DNA of 64,000 nucleotides from Takakia lepidozioides (Eukaryota; Plantae; Bryophyta), in the NCBI GenBank assembly GCA_030704615.1, contig CM060733.1, positions 10,788,001 through 10,852,000 of the forward strand, given 5' to 3'. A model generated the notes under the pieces. That model was not told the origin of the DNA. It did no database searches and worked only from the letters and a program-made list of their open reading frames with translations. Below, one piece after another: positions 37,361-50,989 of this stretch. The first letter of the stretch is position 1, and every line of letters begins with the position of its first letter. The position numbers and the translations under genes are program-made.

Positions 37361-39014
37361 TGTCCACAGCCGGGGAGGGCAGCGGAGTCAGTCTTGTGAA
37401 GCGCATGCAGAAGGGTGGCGATCTTCAGAACTGTTTCCTTATGTTTGATCACGTCAAACGAGTGAAAGACTGGACTACAATGGCGTGTCATGTTTACGAT
37501 CCTTTCTACCAGCGAGTCATGACAATCGCAGTGTGTGACATGCAATCAGAGGATGCGGATTCACAGCAGCTAATGTGGAGAAGTCTCATTCGCGTTATGG
37601 ACTCCCAAGGTGTCCCATGTCCAAATTTCGCCGGATTTATGGTAGACAGTGCTCAAGCGAACTTCAATGCTATTCGCATTGTGTTTGGATCAGGAGATCC
37701 AAAGGTGCCAATGCCAGGAAGAGAGCGAACATGTCTTTTCCGTTGGACCCAGTCCCTTGAGAAACATACAAAGGCAGACATCAAACCGGAAATGCAGCCT
37801 ATTCATCTTAGGCTATGCAAACAGTACAAAGATGCGAAAAGCATGGCAGAGGCGAATACATTGTTCCAGACAATTCGTGCCTGGTGGTTCTCATCTGGGG
37901 CTGCATCAGAAGACAGCATGAGAGCGCTAGAAGACTGGCTGGCATTTTGGCACTTCCGGTACAGACAATGGGGAGCATGCATGACAACGGTGCGTGCATT
38001 TGAAAACTTGAAAATTTCATTGACTTTGTATCCATTTCCAATCATGTATGTTGTGGTGGGGTGTGCTTGTCCTCTTTCTGATATATGTTTTTCCATTTTG
38101 CAGCACTTCTCAATTGAGGAGATGGCGGACATGCCCTCTTGCAATCTGGCGGAGACGGTGCACAATGTATGGTTGCAGCAATCTCGAAAGCGGGGCCGGG
38201 ATTTGTATGTGGCGACGAAGTCTGGCACATAGAACGCACCACTGCTGGGTCTCGAGTGAAGTGCACAGCAATCAGAGCAACCAATCGTGAGAAATGCAAG
38301 TCCTCCATATCCAGAGGCAAGGTCCACACTCCGGCTCCGACCTTCACTGGTTTGTTCACGCCTTACGGGCAAGTCGAGGCGAAGAACCACAAATTTTGGT
38401 TCTGCCCTGACGACTGTGGTAGGTGCGTGCGTGGGACTGTGCGACCATCGGTTGTCATGAAGCCTCCTCCACCAAGCGTTTGGCCTGTGAAGGTGGGGAC
38501 ACATCTCACAACTCACGAGATTGCCATGCTGGAGGAGGCCCCCTCTGTACATGCAGGTGCTTCTACTTCAGCAAGTTTTGGAGTGCCACCACCGAACGCT
38601 GATGCATGGCCAACAAAACGAAATGGGAAGGTGGTTCGTCGTTTCCCTCCCACTGCCGAGCATTTTGGCAAGGTGGAATCCGCTCGAATGCTTCAAGGTC
38701 GTGTTACAGGCACTATGGAAGTTCCACATCCCGGGTATGGACGAATCTACACTATGATGACCTCCACATCCGCTATGCACGACCGGTTGTACGACATCGC
38801 AGTTTCAAATTTCCCCAACTGCACCTGTCCAGATTTTGTTGGCATGCTTACAACAAGTTTGGGAAAGACAGGCAAATTTATACCCTGCAAGCATCTGTAT
38901 TTTATCTTCTTGAACAAAATGGTATGTGATCCCAGACGCGACATCTTCATTCACCAGGCGACCATGAGTTTCAACGAGGTGCATACACTTATGCAGCGGG
39001 ATAGGAGCACATAG
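37361..39014 (+). pseudogene. 3' part of a second MULE-like transposase with SWIM zinc finger
   Basis: MFDHVKRV..TTMACHVYD, FMVDSAQAN, ERTCLFRW (CxxH with H changed to R), AETVHNVW, SWIM CTCPDF...CKHLY. Intron ~37991-38103 and a frameshift near 38220. Confidence 0.7.
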
Positions 39015-39289
39015 CATCATCTTCACTTTGGTCATCTGCAAATTCCATTACTGGATTTCACAAGAGTTGAAACTTGAACTTGATGTCCCTTCATATATTT
39101 GATGCCAATGCAGCCTCCAATTATGTTGTGCAATGTGTGCCATTTCTTTCTTATGTGTAGTCGTTCGAAAATAAATGGAATGGATGCAAATGCTTTCACA
39201 AGTCGTTCCTGCATTTTAATTTCTGGTATTTTGCATGAATGAATGCCACGGCTATAGGCCCCTCGGCTATAGGTGCTACATGTTTATGA

Positions 39290-39500
39290 TGACATGGCAT
39301 CTGGCAAGTTGTCCAGATGCCACGTTATTCTGACGACCGCCATGTCAACCGGATACTGACACGTCAGCAGGCCCACGCCACGTCAGCCTCACGCTCACGC
39401 CACATCAGCACGACCCCACGCTACGCCACATCAGCTAGTGTGAGCCTGCGCTCACGCCACATCACCTCCGCGTGAGCGTACGCTCTCCCGCTCCCGCGGA
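39290..39500. repeat. Subterminal hairpin and repeated CAC(G/A)TCAGC motifs of the second DNA element
   Basis: Inverted repeat tggcatctgg-caagttgt-ccagatgcca, plus four CAC(G/A)TCAGC copies and one cacatcacc variant. Confidence 0.6.
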
Positions 39501-39899
39501 AGTCACGTCCCTCTGCCACATACACAACTAGATACTACTTTTTAAGTCACCACCTTTTTGCAAACTTCTAATCCTATGTAGGCTCACCCATTGTATGTTG
39601 TAAATAAAGTCTTCCAAGGTTTCATCATCATTTGCCACCCTTTCAGTGTATTTTCAATTCTTATATAGCACCACGGGTATTCTGACCACGATTCCACTGC
39701 CACAACTAGTTATGGTATCTCGAGCTCCTCATACCGAGCTTCTGTTCGACTATGCTGCATACTCGTTCTACTGCTTCAACACGTACAAGCAGATCAGACA
39801 TGGCAAGAACCCCGGCTCTCACGGTTTCATCCAAAAAAAATTACCAGAACGGTGCACGACAACTCTACACAAGGTTTTGATCATGTTTTGTTGGTTTTT

Positions 39900-40300
39900 T
39901 TTTTTTGTAGAAAGCAGTGTGACCAAGTTATTGCAAGTCACCAAGAGCTACAAGTTACACTGATTTATTCCATGATGGAATATTTAAGTCAGAGGCCAAC
40001 TAGGTTACACTAGGATTTAACAGAGACATGCCGACAGAGACATCCGTTGGCCAAGTTGTTGTAACTTTGTACTATTTAGGGATGGTGACAGCATCATTTT
40101 GAATTACCAGACTCCCGCCAGCGCCCAACGATTGTTACGATGAATAGTATTTAGGCTTACTACAGTGAGTCTTTTAGTGCTGAAACTTCTTTGTATGTTG
40201 ATGCTTTGTGGTGGAATTGCAATAGTGGTAAAGAGAACTCATAGTATTCTGTGTTTTGTTTGCCTGAATCTTGAATTGCTGTTCTAGATAGTATTGTATA
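39900..40300 (+). repeat. Copia 5' LTR (ends eroded)
   Basis: Matches 49016-49404 (gtgtgaccaagtta..ttgcctgaatcttgaat) with several substitutions and indels. No clear PBS. Confidence 0.85.
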
Positions 40301-40348
40301 TTGAATGAAACTAGAACTAGCAGAGAGATCTAGGAAATAGTAGCAAAG

Positions 40349-43206
40349 ATGAGTTCGGTTACCACATCGAAAGATGTGATGCAGATAGAGAGCTTTTCAG
40401 GAGAGAATTTTTCTCTATGGAAGTTTCAAATATTGATGATTCTCCTAGGAGCCAAGAAGCTATGGTCTCTTGTCAGTGGGAAGGATTTGAGAGCAGTGGC
40501 CTCGGATACAGATGAATGGGATGACAAGGACAATAATGTCTGCATGTACATTACTCAAGGAGTAGATAAGAATCACTTGCAACAGTTGGTAAACTGCACA
40601 AACTCAATAGAGATGTGGGCGAAATTAGTGGTAGTTCATGAGCAAAATGCTACTGAGAACATTAATGTCTTACAAAGCAAGATGTACCATCTCAAGATGG
40701 AAGAAAATGAGAGCATCTCCAGTTATATCAACAAGATAGAACTGATGGCAAAACAATTGAGTGATCTTGGTGAGAAGATGACTGAATCAGCTATCATGGC
40801 AAAGATAGTGTGCACTTTACCTCCAAGGTATGAGAACAAAGGACGTTGAACAACCTATAGTCTAGGTTACTCAAGAAAGAAGTGTTGAGAAAAGCGCGAG
40901 GAAACACGGAGGATATCATGGATAAAGCTTTCTTCACAAAGCATGTCAAAGGAAGGCATAACTCATCCACGAGCGGTGGAAGTATTCTGACAAAAGAGCA
41001 GAAGAAAGAGAGAGCTGAGAGGATAGCAGAGCTAAAAAAGAAAACGAGGTGCAACACCTGCGGTGAAGTTGGGCACTAGGAGCGAGAATGTAGAAGAATA
41101 TCGTAGTTGCTGCTAACATGGTGGAATCCTTTAAGATGACCGATGCCTATGCTGCCACTGCATTTCATCATGAAGAAAGAGAGCGTATCGATGATGACTC
41201 AGTGACAGAAGGAAGAAACACTGATCAGAACATTGTCGATGATCTGATAAAGATTGTACATATTAGTAATGCTAATGCAGAAGCATACAAGAGCACGTCA
41301 ACTAGAGAGAAAGTTGGCGATGAAGACGATACATCCTGGTACGCAGACAGCGCTGCATTTGAACACATGACCAACAAGATGCAATGGTTCAAAAATCTTA
41401 AGAAGATTGAATCTCATCGTTGGGGAGTACAAGTTGCCACTGATGTTACAGTATGGGCAAGTGGAATAGGGGATATAGATATCCTAACTCTAGCAGGAAG
41501 TGAGTGGAGAAAGGGAACAATGCACAACGTGTTGTTTGAACTTTGTATCTGACCTCAGAAAGAATCTGTTCTCAGTAGCGAAGGCTGTAGACAAAGATTA
41601 CATCGTCATCTATGATAAGCATACATGTAAGCTGTATGCAAATCAGGGAAGGGGACCTCTTATGATGACTGGAGTGAGAGAGGAAAACCTTTGGAAACTG
41701 CAAATCAAAGTGATTACGGGAGCATCTGTGCAAGCAAACATGGTATTGTCGACGGATAATATTCAAGCAAATGTGGTAGTGACAACTGGGGGAGCAAGTC
41801 TTCAAACGTGGCATGATCGACTTGGACACATCAGTGTCGACACGATTAAACAAATGGCGAAAACACAAATCGTTGATGGTATGAAAATACTGAACCCTAA
41901 TGTAGATCTGGAGTTCTGTGAAGGTTGTGCCATGGGCAAGAATCACAGAGTTGCGTTTCTAGTAAATGAAGAACGTGAGAGGGTTCAGACTCCTGGAGAG
42001 TTCTACCATGCTGATGTCTGTACAATGAATGTAGACTCGCATGTAGGTTCCGAACATTTTGTCATGTTTAAAGATGATCATAGTAGGATCATAGCAGCTA
42101 TAGGATCTTGTATTGCATGAAAACAAAAGGAGAAGTTCTTAAGTTCTTCAAGCAGATTTGTGTGGAATCAGAGAGAGAGACGGGACATGCAGTAAGAAAG
42201 CTTAGAAGCGACAGAGGAGGAGAATTCTTGAGCGCAACATTTAAGACTTTCCTTGAAGAAAATGGAATTCGACAGGAACTTACAGCGCCGTATTCCCCAG
42301 AGCAAATGGTGTCATTGAAAGGAACAATAGGATTCTACTTGAAAGAGTCAGATGTATGCTGCAAGCAAAAGGTCTCAGTCCTAATTTCTGGGCAGAAGCT
42401 GCCACCACAACCACGTACACCCTAAATCGAACGGGAACCAGGTTGTTGAACGGGAAAACACCTTTCGAGGCGTGGAATGGGAAGAAACCTGACATCAGCC
42501 ATCTACGAGCATAGCATATTCACATGTGCCCAAAGAGCTGAGAAAGAAATTGGATGCCAAGAGCAAAAAGTGCATATTTCTTGGTTACAGTGTGGAATCT
42601 AAGGTGTATCGGCTATGGGATATTGAGCAGCAGCACATAGTCATCAGCCGTGATGTGTTAGTAGATGAGAAGGGTAACCGTAATTCTTCACCCATCGAAG
42701 AAATGATGAGAATACCTAATACATGCACTGTGGTACTTGAGGGAATGGTAGACAAAATGGCTCGAGAAGTACAAAGTTCTGAGGAATACGATTGACCAGC
42801 ATGATGAGCATCCTGAGCTTCAGCTAGTAGTGGATCTACCTATTGCCATGGATGAAGGCAAAATTCATGTAGCAAACACACGGCCTGAGCGGGTTGCACC
42901 AAGCTTGCAATGTTAGGGAACAGAAGTACGTCGATCTCGACGGCCACCATAGGCATTCGGCGAGTGGGAGAGTAATTACCTTACGTTTGCTGGAATAACT
43001 GAATACATACCATACCAGAGGAGCCAAAACGGTATGAGGAGGTGATGATGTCCCCTGATCGAGTTAAGTGGGAGCTAGCAATGAAGGAAGAAATTGACTC
43101 GTTACACAAAAATAAAACGTGGATGCTCGTTGAGCTGCCAAAGGGAAGACACACTGTGAATGGGTATACAAGGTAAAGCCTCGAACAGATGGGAGTATTG
43201 AGAGGT
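40349..43206 (+). pseudogene. Copia gag, protease, integrase and RT start
   Basis: FSGENFSLWKF, CNTCGEVGH*EREC, WYADSAAFEHMT, WHDRLGH..CEGC, LRSDRGGEF, LDAKSKKCIFLGYS, WELAMKEEIDSLHKNKTW..WVYKVK. Multiple stops and frameshifts. Confidence 0.92.
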
Positions 43207-43660
43207 CACTAGTACAGATTAACGTCTTTATGACTATGGATATCACTGTATTTGCAGTGATAAATGCTTCTATGACTACCTTACTCTGCAGTGCCAAACA
43301 CGAAGTCAGTTCTACCATGACTACGGAGTGATAAGTACGAAGTCATGGTCGTCACTGAGGACGTGTCGTGGGATAGTGATGCAGGGTTTGGTGATGTAGT
43401 CATAACAAATATGACTACACGATTGAAAGTTATGACTGAGGTTACAACTACATCAGTACAACATTGCGCCTACATGGAGAGGCCTCTGTGCGACATGTGG
43501 GATCCTGGGGATTTGACATGTGTAATCATTGTCTGATGGTGCAATGGAGTAGTCATATCTTCATGACTACACGACTATGGGTATGACTATATCACTACAA
43601 CATACAACACTACTGATGTCACGTGGTCTTGTTGGAGCAGATGTGACTGTCACGTGTTGA
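43207..43660 (+). mobile_element. CACTA (En/Spm)-type terminus with subterminal repeats, inserted in the Copia RT
   Basis: RT reading breaks exactly at CACTAGTACAGA (43207). About 9 copies of ATGACTA(C)/TAGTCAT follow in both orientations. The matching right TIR was not found. Confidence 0.7.
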
Positions 43661-44169
43661 TCATGTAGATTTTATAATTTATTAAATATTATTTAATTTT
43701 AGATGACTAATTTAGATATTAAACTATATTAAATTAATATGAAATTTAATAAACCATGCGGTGGAGCTCTCATAAGCACAACAATTGGCAAAGAGGAAAG
43801 GCCATCTATACCAAGACACAACCCCTCTGCAGGGAAAGAGAGCATGCATTAATCTTCCAATGACCAAAGAATCGACCCCCAACCCTGCTGGCAATTGCAA
43901 AAAGTGGCAAAGAAAGATTCTACGACCAACCCTATTGCATAGACTGGCAGAAGCAACAATATGATACAATATGAAAGACACAACTACAATCAAACATGTC
44001 ATCCATAGAAACACCATAACACAACCTCAAAGGATATTGCACCTCCGAACGATATTGGATGTTAATACATCAGACACTGACATGATGTTTGAACCAGTCT
44101 GCCTATATATATTCCCAAAATATACTTCATTCTTCAAGCACGATGTTGCTAAGCACTACCGCAACAAGA

Positions 44170-45630
44170 AATTGACTATCTACCCATGCAGGTTTCTTGT
44201 AGCTATCCTTCCACATGCAATCATAGGTAATCTGGAGCTTGAAATCCGGCCCTCTTGGATGAATCTGGACCTACACTCTATCCCTGCTCCTTCAGCTATC
44301 CATGCTTCTACACAAAATCATGCATACATCCTTGCCTTGCTGCTAGCAGCTGACAATGACAGCCTAGATTTTTTCTAGGAAACACCCAACTCAACTTATC
44401 ACACTAGTTCCTATGCTCAATGGCATACGCTACTCTCTGTAATCCAACAAGCATTCACCTTTTTGCCTTGATTGTCCCACCATTGACTGGGGTCAGAAAG
44501 TATTCATTCCACAGCTTCTCCTCGTCTTTGTTACCTGTTTCTGGATACTTTCATATTGTCACATTGGCAGTTTCATGTCAAAGTCACTCCAAACTAAATT
44601 CACTCAATCAGTTAACTTGCAGAATTCAACATGAAAATTTAGGGCTGATTCTGATAAGAGGGAAAAGCAGGGTGAATTGTGTTGAAGAAGGTGCCTTGAT
44701 TACCAGTGCCTAAATTTATCAATTGTGCGGCTACTGCTGTGACTTCCAGTTGACCATCTACCCATGCAGGTTTCTTGTAGCTACCCTTCCACATGAAATC
44801 ATAGGTAATCTGGAGCTTGAAATCCAGCCCTCTTGGATGAATCTGGACCTACACCCTATCCCTGCTCCTTCAGCTATCCATACCTCTGCACAAATCATGA
44901 ATACATCCTTGCCTTGCTGCTAGCAGCTGACAATGACAGCCTAGAATTGTTCCAGCAAACACCCCAACCCTACTTATCACACTAGTTCCTATGCTTAAAG
45001 CATATGCTACTCTCTGTAATCCAACAGGCATTCACCTTTTTGCCTCGATTGTCCCACCATTGACTGGGGCAGAAAGTATTCATTCCACAGTTTCTCCTCG
45101 TCTTTGTTACCTGTTTGTGGATATTTTCCTGTTGTCACATTGGCAGTATCATGTCAAAGTCACTCCAAACTATCAAAGGTTCACTCAACCAGCTAACGTG
45201 ACGAATTCAACATCTAGGGCCGATTATGATAAGAGGGAAAAACAGGGTGAAATGTGTTGAAGAAGGTGCCTTGATTAGCAGTGCCTGAGTTTATCAATTG
45301 TGCCGCTGCTGCTGCTGCTGCTTCTAGTTGACCATCTACGCGTGCTGCTTCCACAGGGAATCATAGGTAATCTTGTGCTTGAAATCTGGCCCTCTTTGAT
45401 GTTGGACCCACACTCTATCCCTGCTCCTTCAGCTATCCATGCCTCTGCACAGATTATGCATACATCCTTGCCTTACTGCTAGCAGCTGACAATGACAGCC
45501 TATATTTGTTCCAGCAAACACCCAACTCCAGTTATCACCCTATGCTCAATGGCATCTGCTACTCTCTGTAATCCAACAGGCATTCACCTTTTTGCCTCTA
45601 TTGTCCCACCATTGACTGGGTCCAGAAAGA
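44170..45630. repeat. ~578-bp tandem repeat (~2.5 copies) containing a fragment homologous to the 5' coding region of the PPR-DYW gene
   Basis: ttgac[t/c]atctac starts at ~44172, ~44750 and ~45329; ccatgcaggtttcttgtagctatc is shared with ~62972-62995. Confidence 0.9.
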
Positions 45631-47062
45631 AGCTTTTTGGACTTCCCCTCTCTACTTCTCCTCTGCATTGAGCAAGTAGACCAGAACATCCAAACTCAAT
45701 TGCAAGACTGAGTAGAACATCTCAACCGGCAACCAACAACTGAACTGCTCAGAAACACATTCAAATTGAAGTTGGAACACGGAGGGAGACAAAACTAGGA
45801 TGGAAACATAACGGAACCCTTAATGTCAATGATACATGGAACATACAGTACTAACCTTCAATATGTCAGACAAAAGCTCCATAGGTTGCCTTCGAACATA
45901 AGACCGAGAAACATGAATGGCCAACACTCAATTTGCTTGCTCCTTTTATTCTGTGTAAAATTGCATGTGAACCTGCACACCTACATGTACAAAGAAACCA
46001 TCACTGTCATAACAACATATCACAAGCTCAAACTAATTACAGTTGCTTTGTGTCCCAACTCAATGCAGTCTTAGGTGAATAAGCACCTTGATACTATTCT
46101 AGCTGCTTTACGTTTGAACATGAAGTGTTTGCCAAAACATGGCGTCGAGTGCTACCTATAGGTTAGGAATTCCATTTGGTGTATTTACAAGACATCATCC
46201 ATGAAACAGTCTGTTGGAAAGGTGGAGTCCTGGTGATGAACATGTGGTAGGACCTTATAAGAAAAAATAACAATGGGTTCTACCTCTGGTAATAGTTGTG
46301 ATCCCAAGAAGCACTTTGTCAAGGTCATTACTGTCCAGCATATCCTTGAAAGTATGATACCAATCTGTAGCCTGCAACATAACAGTACGTACAACACTTA
46401 CCAGATACATTACAAGATACATTACCACATACTTACCACATACTTACCACATAAAAATGGCTCAACCTATTTCTATTTGGTCTTGGGGGTACCAACCAAG
46501 AGATGCAGTCCCATACAACTTAGTGGTGAATTTGTGAGGCAATAAGAGAATCAAAAAATAAGACAAAAATGAGTAAAGGGAATCACATGAACTTGTAGCA
46601 ACAGAGTTTCATTTACCAACCAAAATCATACTGCCTGGATCTAATTGGAAGAGGAGGTGCTCTGGTATAAGTACACATTGCAGGCCTTCAAGCTATGATA
46701 CCAACTATGAACACTGCCCACCACCGTCCACCCAAAACAAAGGAGGGGGAAATCCTTGATACTAGCTTAAACTAGGGAGGATGGACCATCTTTGGTTCCA
46801 AGCAAGCAGGCAAGGTCCAAATTCCTAAACTTATCACTCTTTGGGTAGTAAAGACCCGCAAATCTTGACCCTGCTGGATAAATCTAACTTAGAGACTGTA
46901 GTGTCCAAAGGCATGTCTGTTACCAGAAAATTGTCTGATGAAAATGAAGTTAGGCAGAAAGCTTCCCTGAACCTGTTTCCAGTCTGTGGCATGGGGAGGA
47001 CATCATGGATGACCTCAAGGGCCTACCCACTCTTGGCACCATACTGAAATTTTTGCCTCGGT

Positions 47063-47610
47063 GTCCCACCATTTACTTATGGGGTCAGAAAAGTATTCAT
47101 TCCACAGCTTCACCTCATCTCTATTACGTGTTTTTGGATACTTTCCTGTTGTCACAGTGGCAGTATCATGTCAAAGTCACTCCAAACTACATTCACTCAA
47201 CCAGCTAACTTGCAAAATTCAACATGGAAATTTAGGGCTGATTTTGATAAGAGGGAAAAACAGGGTGAAATGTGTTGAAGAAGGTGCCTTGAATACCAGT
47301 GCCTGATTTTATTAGTTGTGCCGTTGCTTCTGCGGCATCTAGTTGACCATCTACCCATGCAGGTTTCCTATAGCTATTGATCCACAAGGAATCATAAGTA
47401 AGCTTGTGCTTGAAATTTGGCCTTCTTGGATGAATCTGGACCCACTCTTTATCCCTACTCTTTCAGCTATCTCTGCCTCTGCACAAATCATGCACACATC
47501 CTTGCCTTGCTGCTATGACAGCCTAGATTTGTTCCAACAAACACCCTAACCCTACTTATCACACAAGTTCCTATGCTGACTTGCGCTTCCAACAGGCATT
47601 CACCTTTTTG
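47063..47610. repeat. Further diverged copy of the ~578-bp unit
   Basis: ggggtcagaaaagtattcattccacagc ... ttgaccatctacccatgcaggtttc ... aacaggcattcacctttttg match 44490-45040. Confidence 0.88.
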
Positions 47611-47959
47611 CACGCCAATCTTGTCCTGTGAGATACCATTGATAAATCTGTCATATATCATCAAGAACTTCCCATGTGGCCAGATCTCTCCCTGTTTCTC
47701 AGAAGAAACCAGGTCTCCCAAAGCAAAAATGTGCAACATCATGCAAATGGACTACTTTTGGTCTTGGAGCTTGTGGGGTTTCATTGCTCGAGGTGTAAGA
47801 GCCACCAGGTTAAGACTGAGTGAAATGAACTCAGTAAAAGAACAAGGAAGGCACTCATTATATCCAGGGATAGAGAAATAAAAAATTTGATGTTTAGACA
47901 TTGCTTGCCCTAGTAGTCTTCAAGCCAAGTTAATGCCTGTACCCATTTTTGAAAGAGCA

Positions 47960-48936
47960 GAAAAGACTAAAAGATGGCCCCTGTGTGTATTTTTGCAACT
48001 CAGAGCCAAAGTGGTTCACCACCATTTTTGTGGATGACGGGCTAGGTTGCTCGGAGAGCAAAGAAATAATGGATGGTATGATCAGTTTTCTTAACAAGGA
48101 ATTTGATAGAAGCGCCGAATGCTATGTTTGGCCTTCACATTGAAAGAAACAGGGGATTGCGATCAATCACCATAAACCAACACCAATACGTGATGTTCAT
48201 AATCCAGAAATTTGGATTTGGGGATGCACATACAGTGAGTACACCTGCAGATCCCAATGTGCAGTTGCATCTACCAAGATGTGAAGATGAAGAAGAGGAA
48301 CATGAGTTTCCTTACCAACAGGCAGTCGGGAGCTTGATGTTCGCCATGATTAGCACACGGCTAGACATTGCATATGCGATCAGCACTGTGGCCAAGTATT
48401 CACAAAATCCCAAGCAAATTCATTGCACAGCTGTAAAGAGAATATTCAAATATCTCAGGGGGACAACAGACTATCGTCTGTGCTACTCATGTTGCAAGAA
48501 TTCAAACACTCTTACAGCTTTTGCTGATGCTGATTATGCAGGGGACTTGGACGATCGACGATCTAGAAGTGGGAGCGTCGCATTACTCAATCAAGCAGCT
48601 GTTAAGTGGGTGAGCAGAAAACAAATGTGCACAGTAGGTTCCACGACAGAGTCAGAGTACATAGCAACTTGTTTAACTACGAAGGAGACAATCTGGTTAC
48701 GAAAATTGCTGTCTAATCTTGGGCACAGACAGAATGAGTCTTCTCCCTTATATTCAGACAATCAAAGTGCAATCCGATTGGTCTTGAATCCTGAGTTTCA
48801 TCAAAGAACAAGCACATTGATGTGCAATATCATATGCTTCTAGATTTTTAGGCATAGGGTGCTAACAAAGCCGCTTACCGTTGACAAGTTTAATCGATTC
48901 CGTAGCATGCTTGGACTGATACAACAACCAATCTGA
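47960..48936 (+). pseudogene. Copia RT C-terminal half and RNase H
   Basis: PCVYF, IFVDD, YQQAVGSLMF..TRLDIAYA, FADADYAGDLDDRRSRSG, STTESEYIA, DNQSAI. Confidence 0.92.
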
Positions 48937-48943
48937 ATGGGAG

Positions 48944-49410
48944 TGTTTGTGTACACATTGGCTATTCCTTTTGTTTCGTAGGATTTTATTCTCTTGCCAT
49001 GGAATAACCAGTGATTTTTTTTTGTAGAAATCGCTGTGTGACCAAGTTACTGCAAGTCACCAAGAGCTACGAGTTACACTGATTTATTCCATGATGGAAT
49101 ATTTAAGTCAGAGGCCAACTAGGTTACACTTAGGATTTAACAAAGACATGCCGTTGGCCAAGTTGTTGTTACTGCATACTATTTAGGGATGGATAGTGAT
49201 AGCATCATTTTGAATTACCAAACTCCCGCCAACGCCCACCAATTGTTACGATGAATAGTATTTAGGCTTACTACAGAGAGTCTTTTAGTGCTGAAACTTC
49301 TTTGTATGTTGATGCCTTACAGTGGAATTGCAGTAGTGGTAAAGAGAACTCATAGTATTCTGTGCTTTGTTTGCCTGAATCTTGAATCTGCATCGTATTG
49401 TATACTTCCA
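48944..49410 (+). repeat. Copia 3' LTR
   Basis: Starts TGTT after the purine tract, plausibly ends ..TTCCA at 49410, and is homologous to the 5' LTR. Confidence 0.8.
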
Positions 49411-49769
49411 GTTTTTCTACACGTTTCACCAGCATCCACCGGGCTACAGGACAACGCAGACTTCTGCTATGATATGAACGCTTCAATCTCTGTGCAGATA
49501 CGCCATGGCAAGAACTTCTGCATTCAAAGTTTCAAGATGGATGCGCTTGCTCATCGCCACCACGCTTTGGCTCACTTACTGCAATAGCGTCCATCCCAGC
49601 ATTCTAAGACCAGAATCATTGTATACTTCTACTCGATCTCCAAAGCACATACAGAGTATGCGGAAAGACAATATGCTGACAATGGCTATCTACCACAATT
49701 TCGACGATGGCCTTAGGCAGTGACCTCATCACTGGCCAAAGTATAAAACCCCAATGTAAAACCCCAATG

Positions 49770-50940
49770 TGTGCGTGCTGATAGTTATTTACTATGGGGC
49801 TATACCAATATCAAATATGGTCCTCCTCGCTGGCCCTAGTACCGGGGCACAGACGTGGAGCCTACTGTTGAGATTGCCAGCACGGAAATGCCTTGCTCCC
49901 CCCCTCTTGGCAATCTGACTACGTCCTTGTATTACCATCTCACGACCAAACCTCGCAGATACGTACCCAACCCCCCATATCCTGCAGCAATAATGCCAAA
50001 CACATGTACCTTAATTTACCAGAACTATTTCAAATTCTGATACCCAGCTGCTGAAATTTTCCTACATACTGCCACAGCATGCTATGCTGACACCGTCTGC
50101 TTTGCCATTCTCCTATCAATAGATAAGATGGTCACTCCAACACCAAAATTTTTCCCCTATTACGCAAACTGAATATACCAACAGAGCTAGGGAAAAAACT
50201 CGTAAAAGACCCCCTTCAAATTTTAGACACAACCAAGAAATCAAAGGGCATCTTATCTGCTGGCTCATCGAAGGAATGGCAGACCACCGACTGAGAAGAG
50301 CTTAGACTGCACCACAACCCTGCAAACCACAGAGATATGTGCTGATAAATACCTACTATGGGAATATCCCAACATCAAATTTGGCCCTCTTCTTTATTGC
50401 CATTGGAGCACGGGCATAGGCATGAAGCCTGCTGTTGATGCTACCGGCACTGCAATATCTTGCTCCCCTTCCCCCTGGCAGCCTGACACCCCCCCCTTAT
50501 ATTACCACTTCAAGACCAAACCCCACAGATAAATATCCCCCCCCCAAAAAAAAAAAATACCAGACACTTATGTGCCCTCACTCACCAGAACACTATCTCT
50601 AACCCTGATGCTCAGCTACTGATATTTTCCTGCATACCACCACATCATGCTACACTAAAACCGATTGCTCCCCGATTCTCCTATCAATATATAAGATGGT
50701 CACTCCAATACCAAAGCTTCACCCATATAAAGCAAACAAACAGGGTATATCCACAATACTATGGAAAAAACAGATATAAGATTTAGCTTCAAACATTAGA
50801 GATAACCAAGAAATCAGATGTCACCTTATCTGCTGCCTCGCCGAAGGATGTGGCAGACCACCAACTGAGAAGAGCACATACTGCACCAAATCACAAAGAT
50901 AAGTGCTGATAGCTACTTACTATGGGACTATACCAAGTCA
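49770..50940. repeat. Diverged ~565-bp tandem duplication (2 copies plus the start of a third)
   Basis: gtgctgata..tactatggg at ~49775, ~50339 and ~50903; attctcctatcaata.ataagatggtcactccaa at ~50108 and ~50676; ggcagaccacc.actgagaagagc twice. Confidence 0.8.
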
Positions 50941-50989
50941 TGTTATATGATCTGCTCCACTTGCCACACATGTTTTATCTGTATAATTT

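Larger units (their letters stand above)
39900..49410 (+). mobile_element. Ty1/copia LTR retrotransposon, degenerate, interrupted in RT
   Basis: Direct repeats ~39900-40300 and ~49016-49404; gag-PR-IN-RT-RH order; PPT-like gaatgggag directly before TGTT at 48944. Confidence 0.92.

Noticed and set aside
15870-39540. One TIR-bounded element spanning both transposases
   Set aside because: No inverted terminal match or target duplication found between the candidate ends.
47905-47920. tagtagtc as the right CACTA terminus
   Set aside because: It is not the reverse complement of CACTAGTACAGA, and has no matching TSD or subterminal repeats.
39780-49520. QIRHGKN-encoding similarity on both flanks of the Copia element (~39790 and ~49495)
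   Set aside because: The match is only ~20 nt and too far from the LTR ends to be a TSD. It cannot be assigned.
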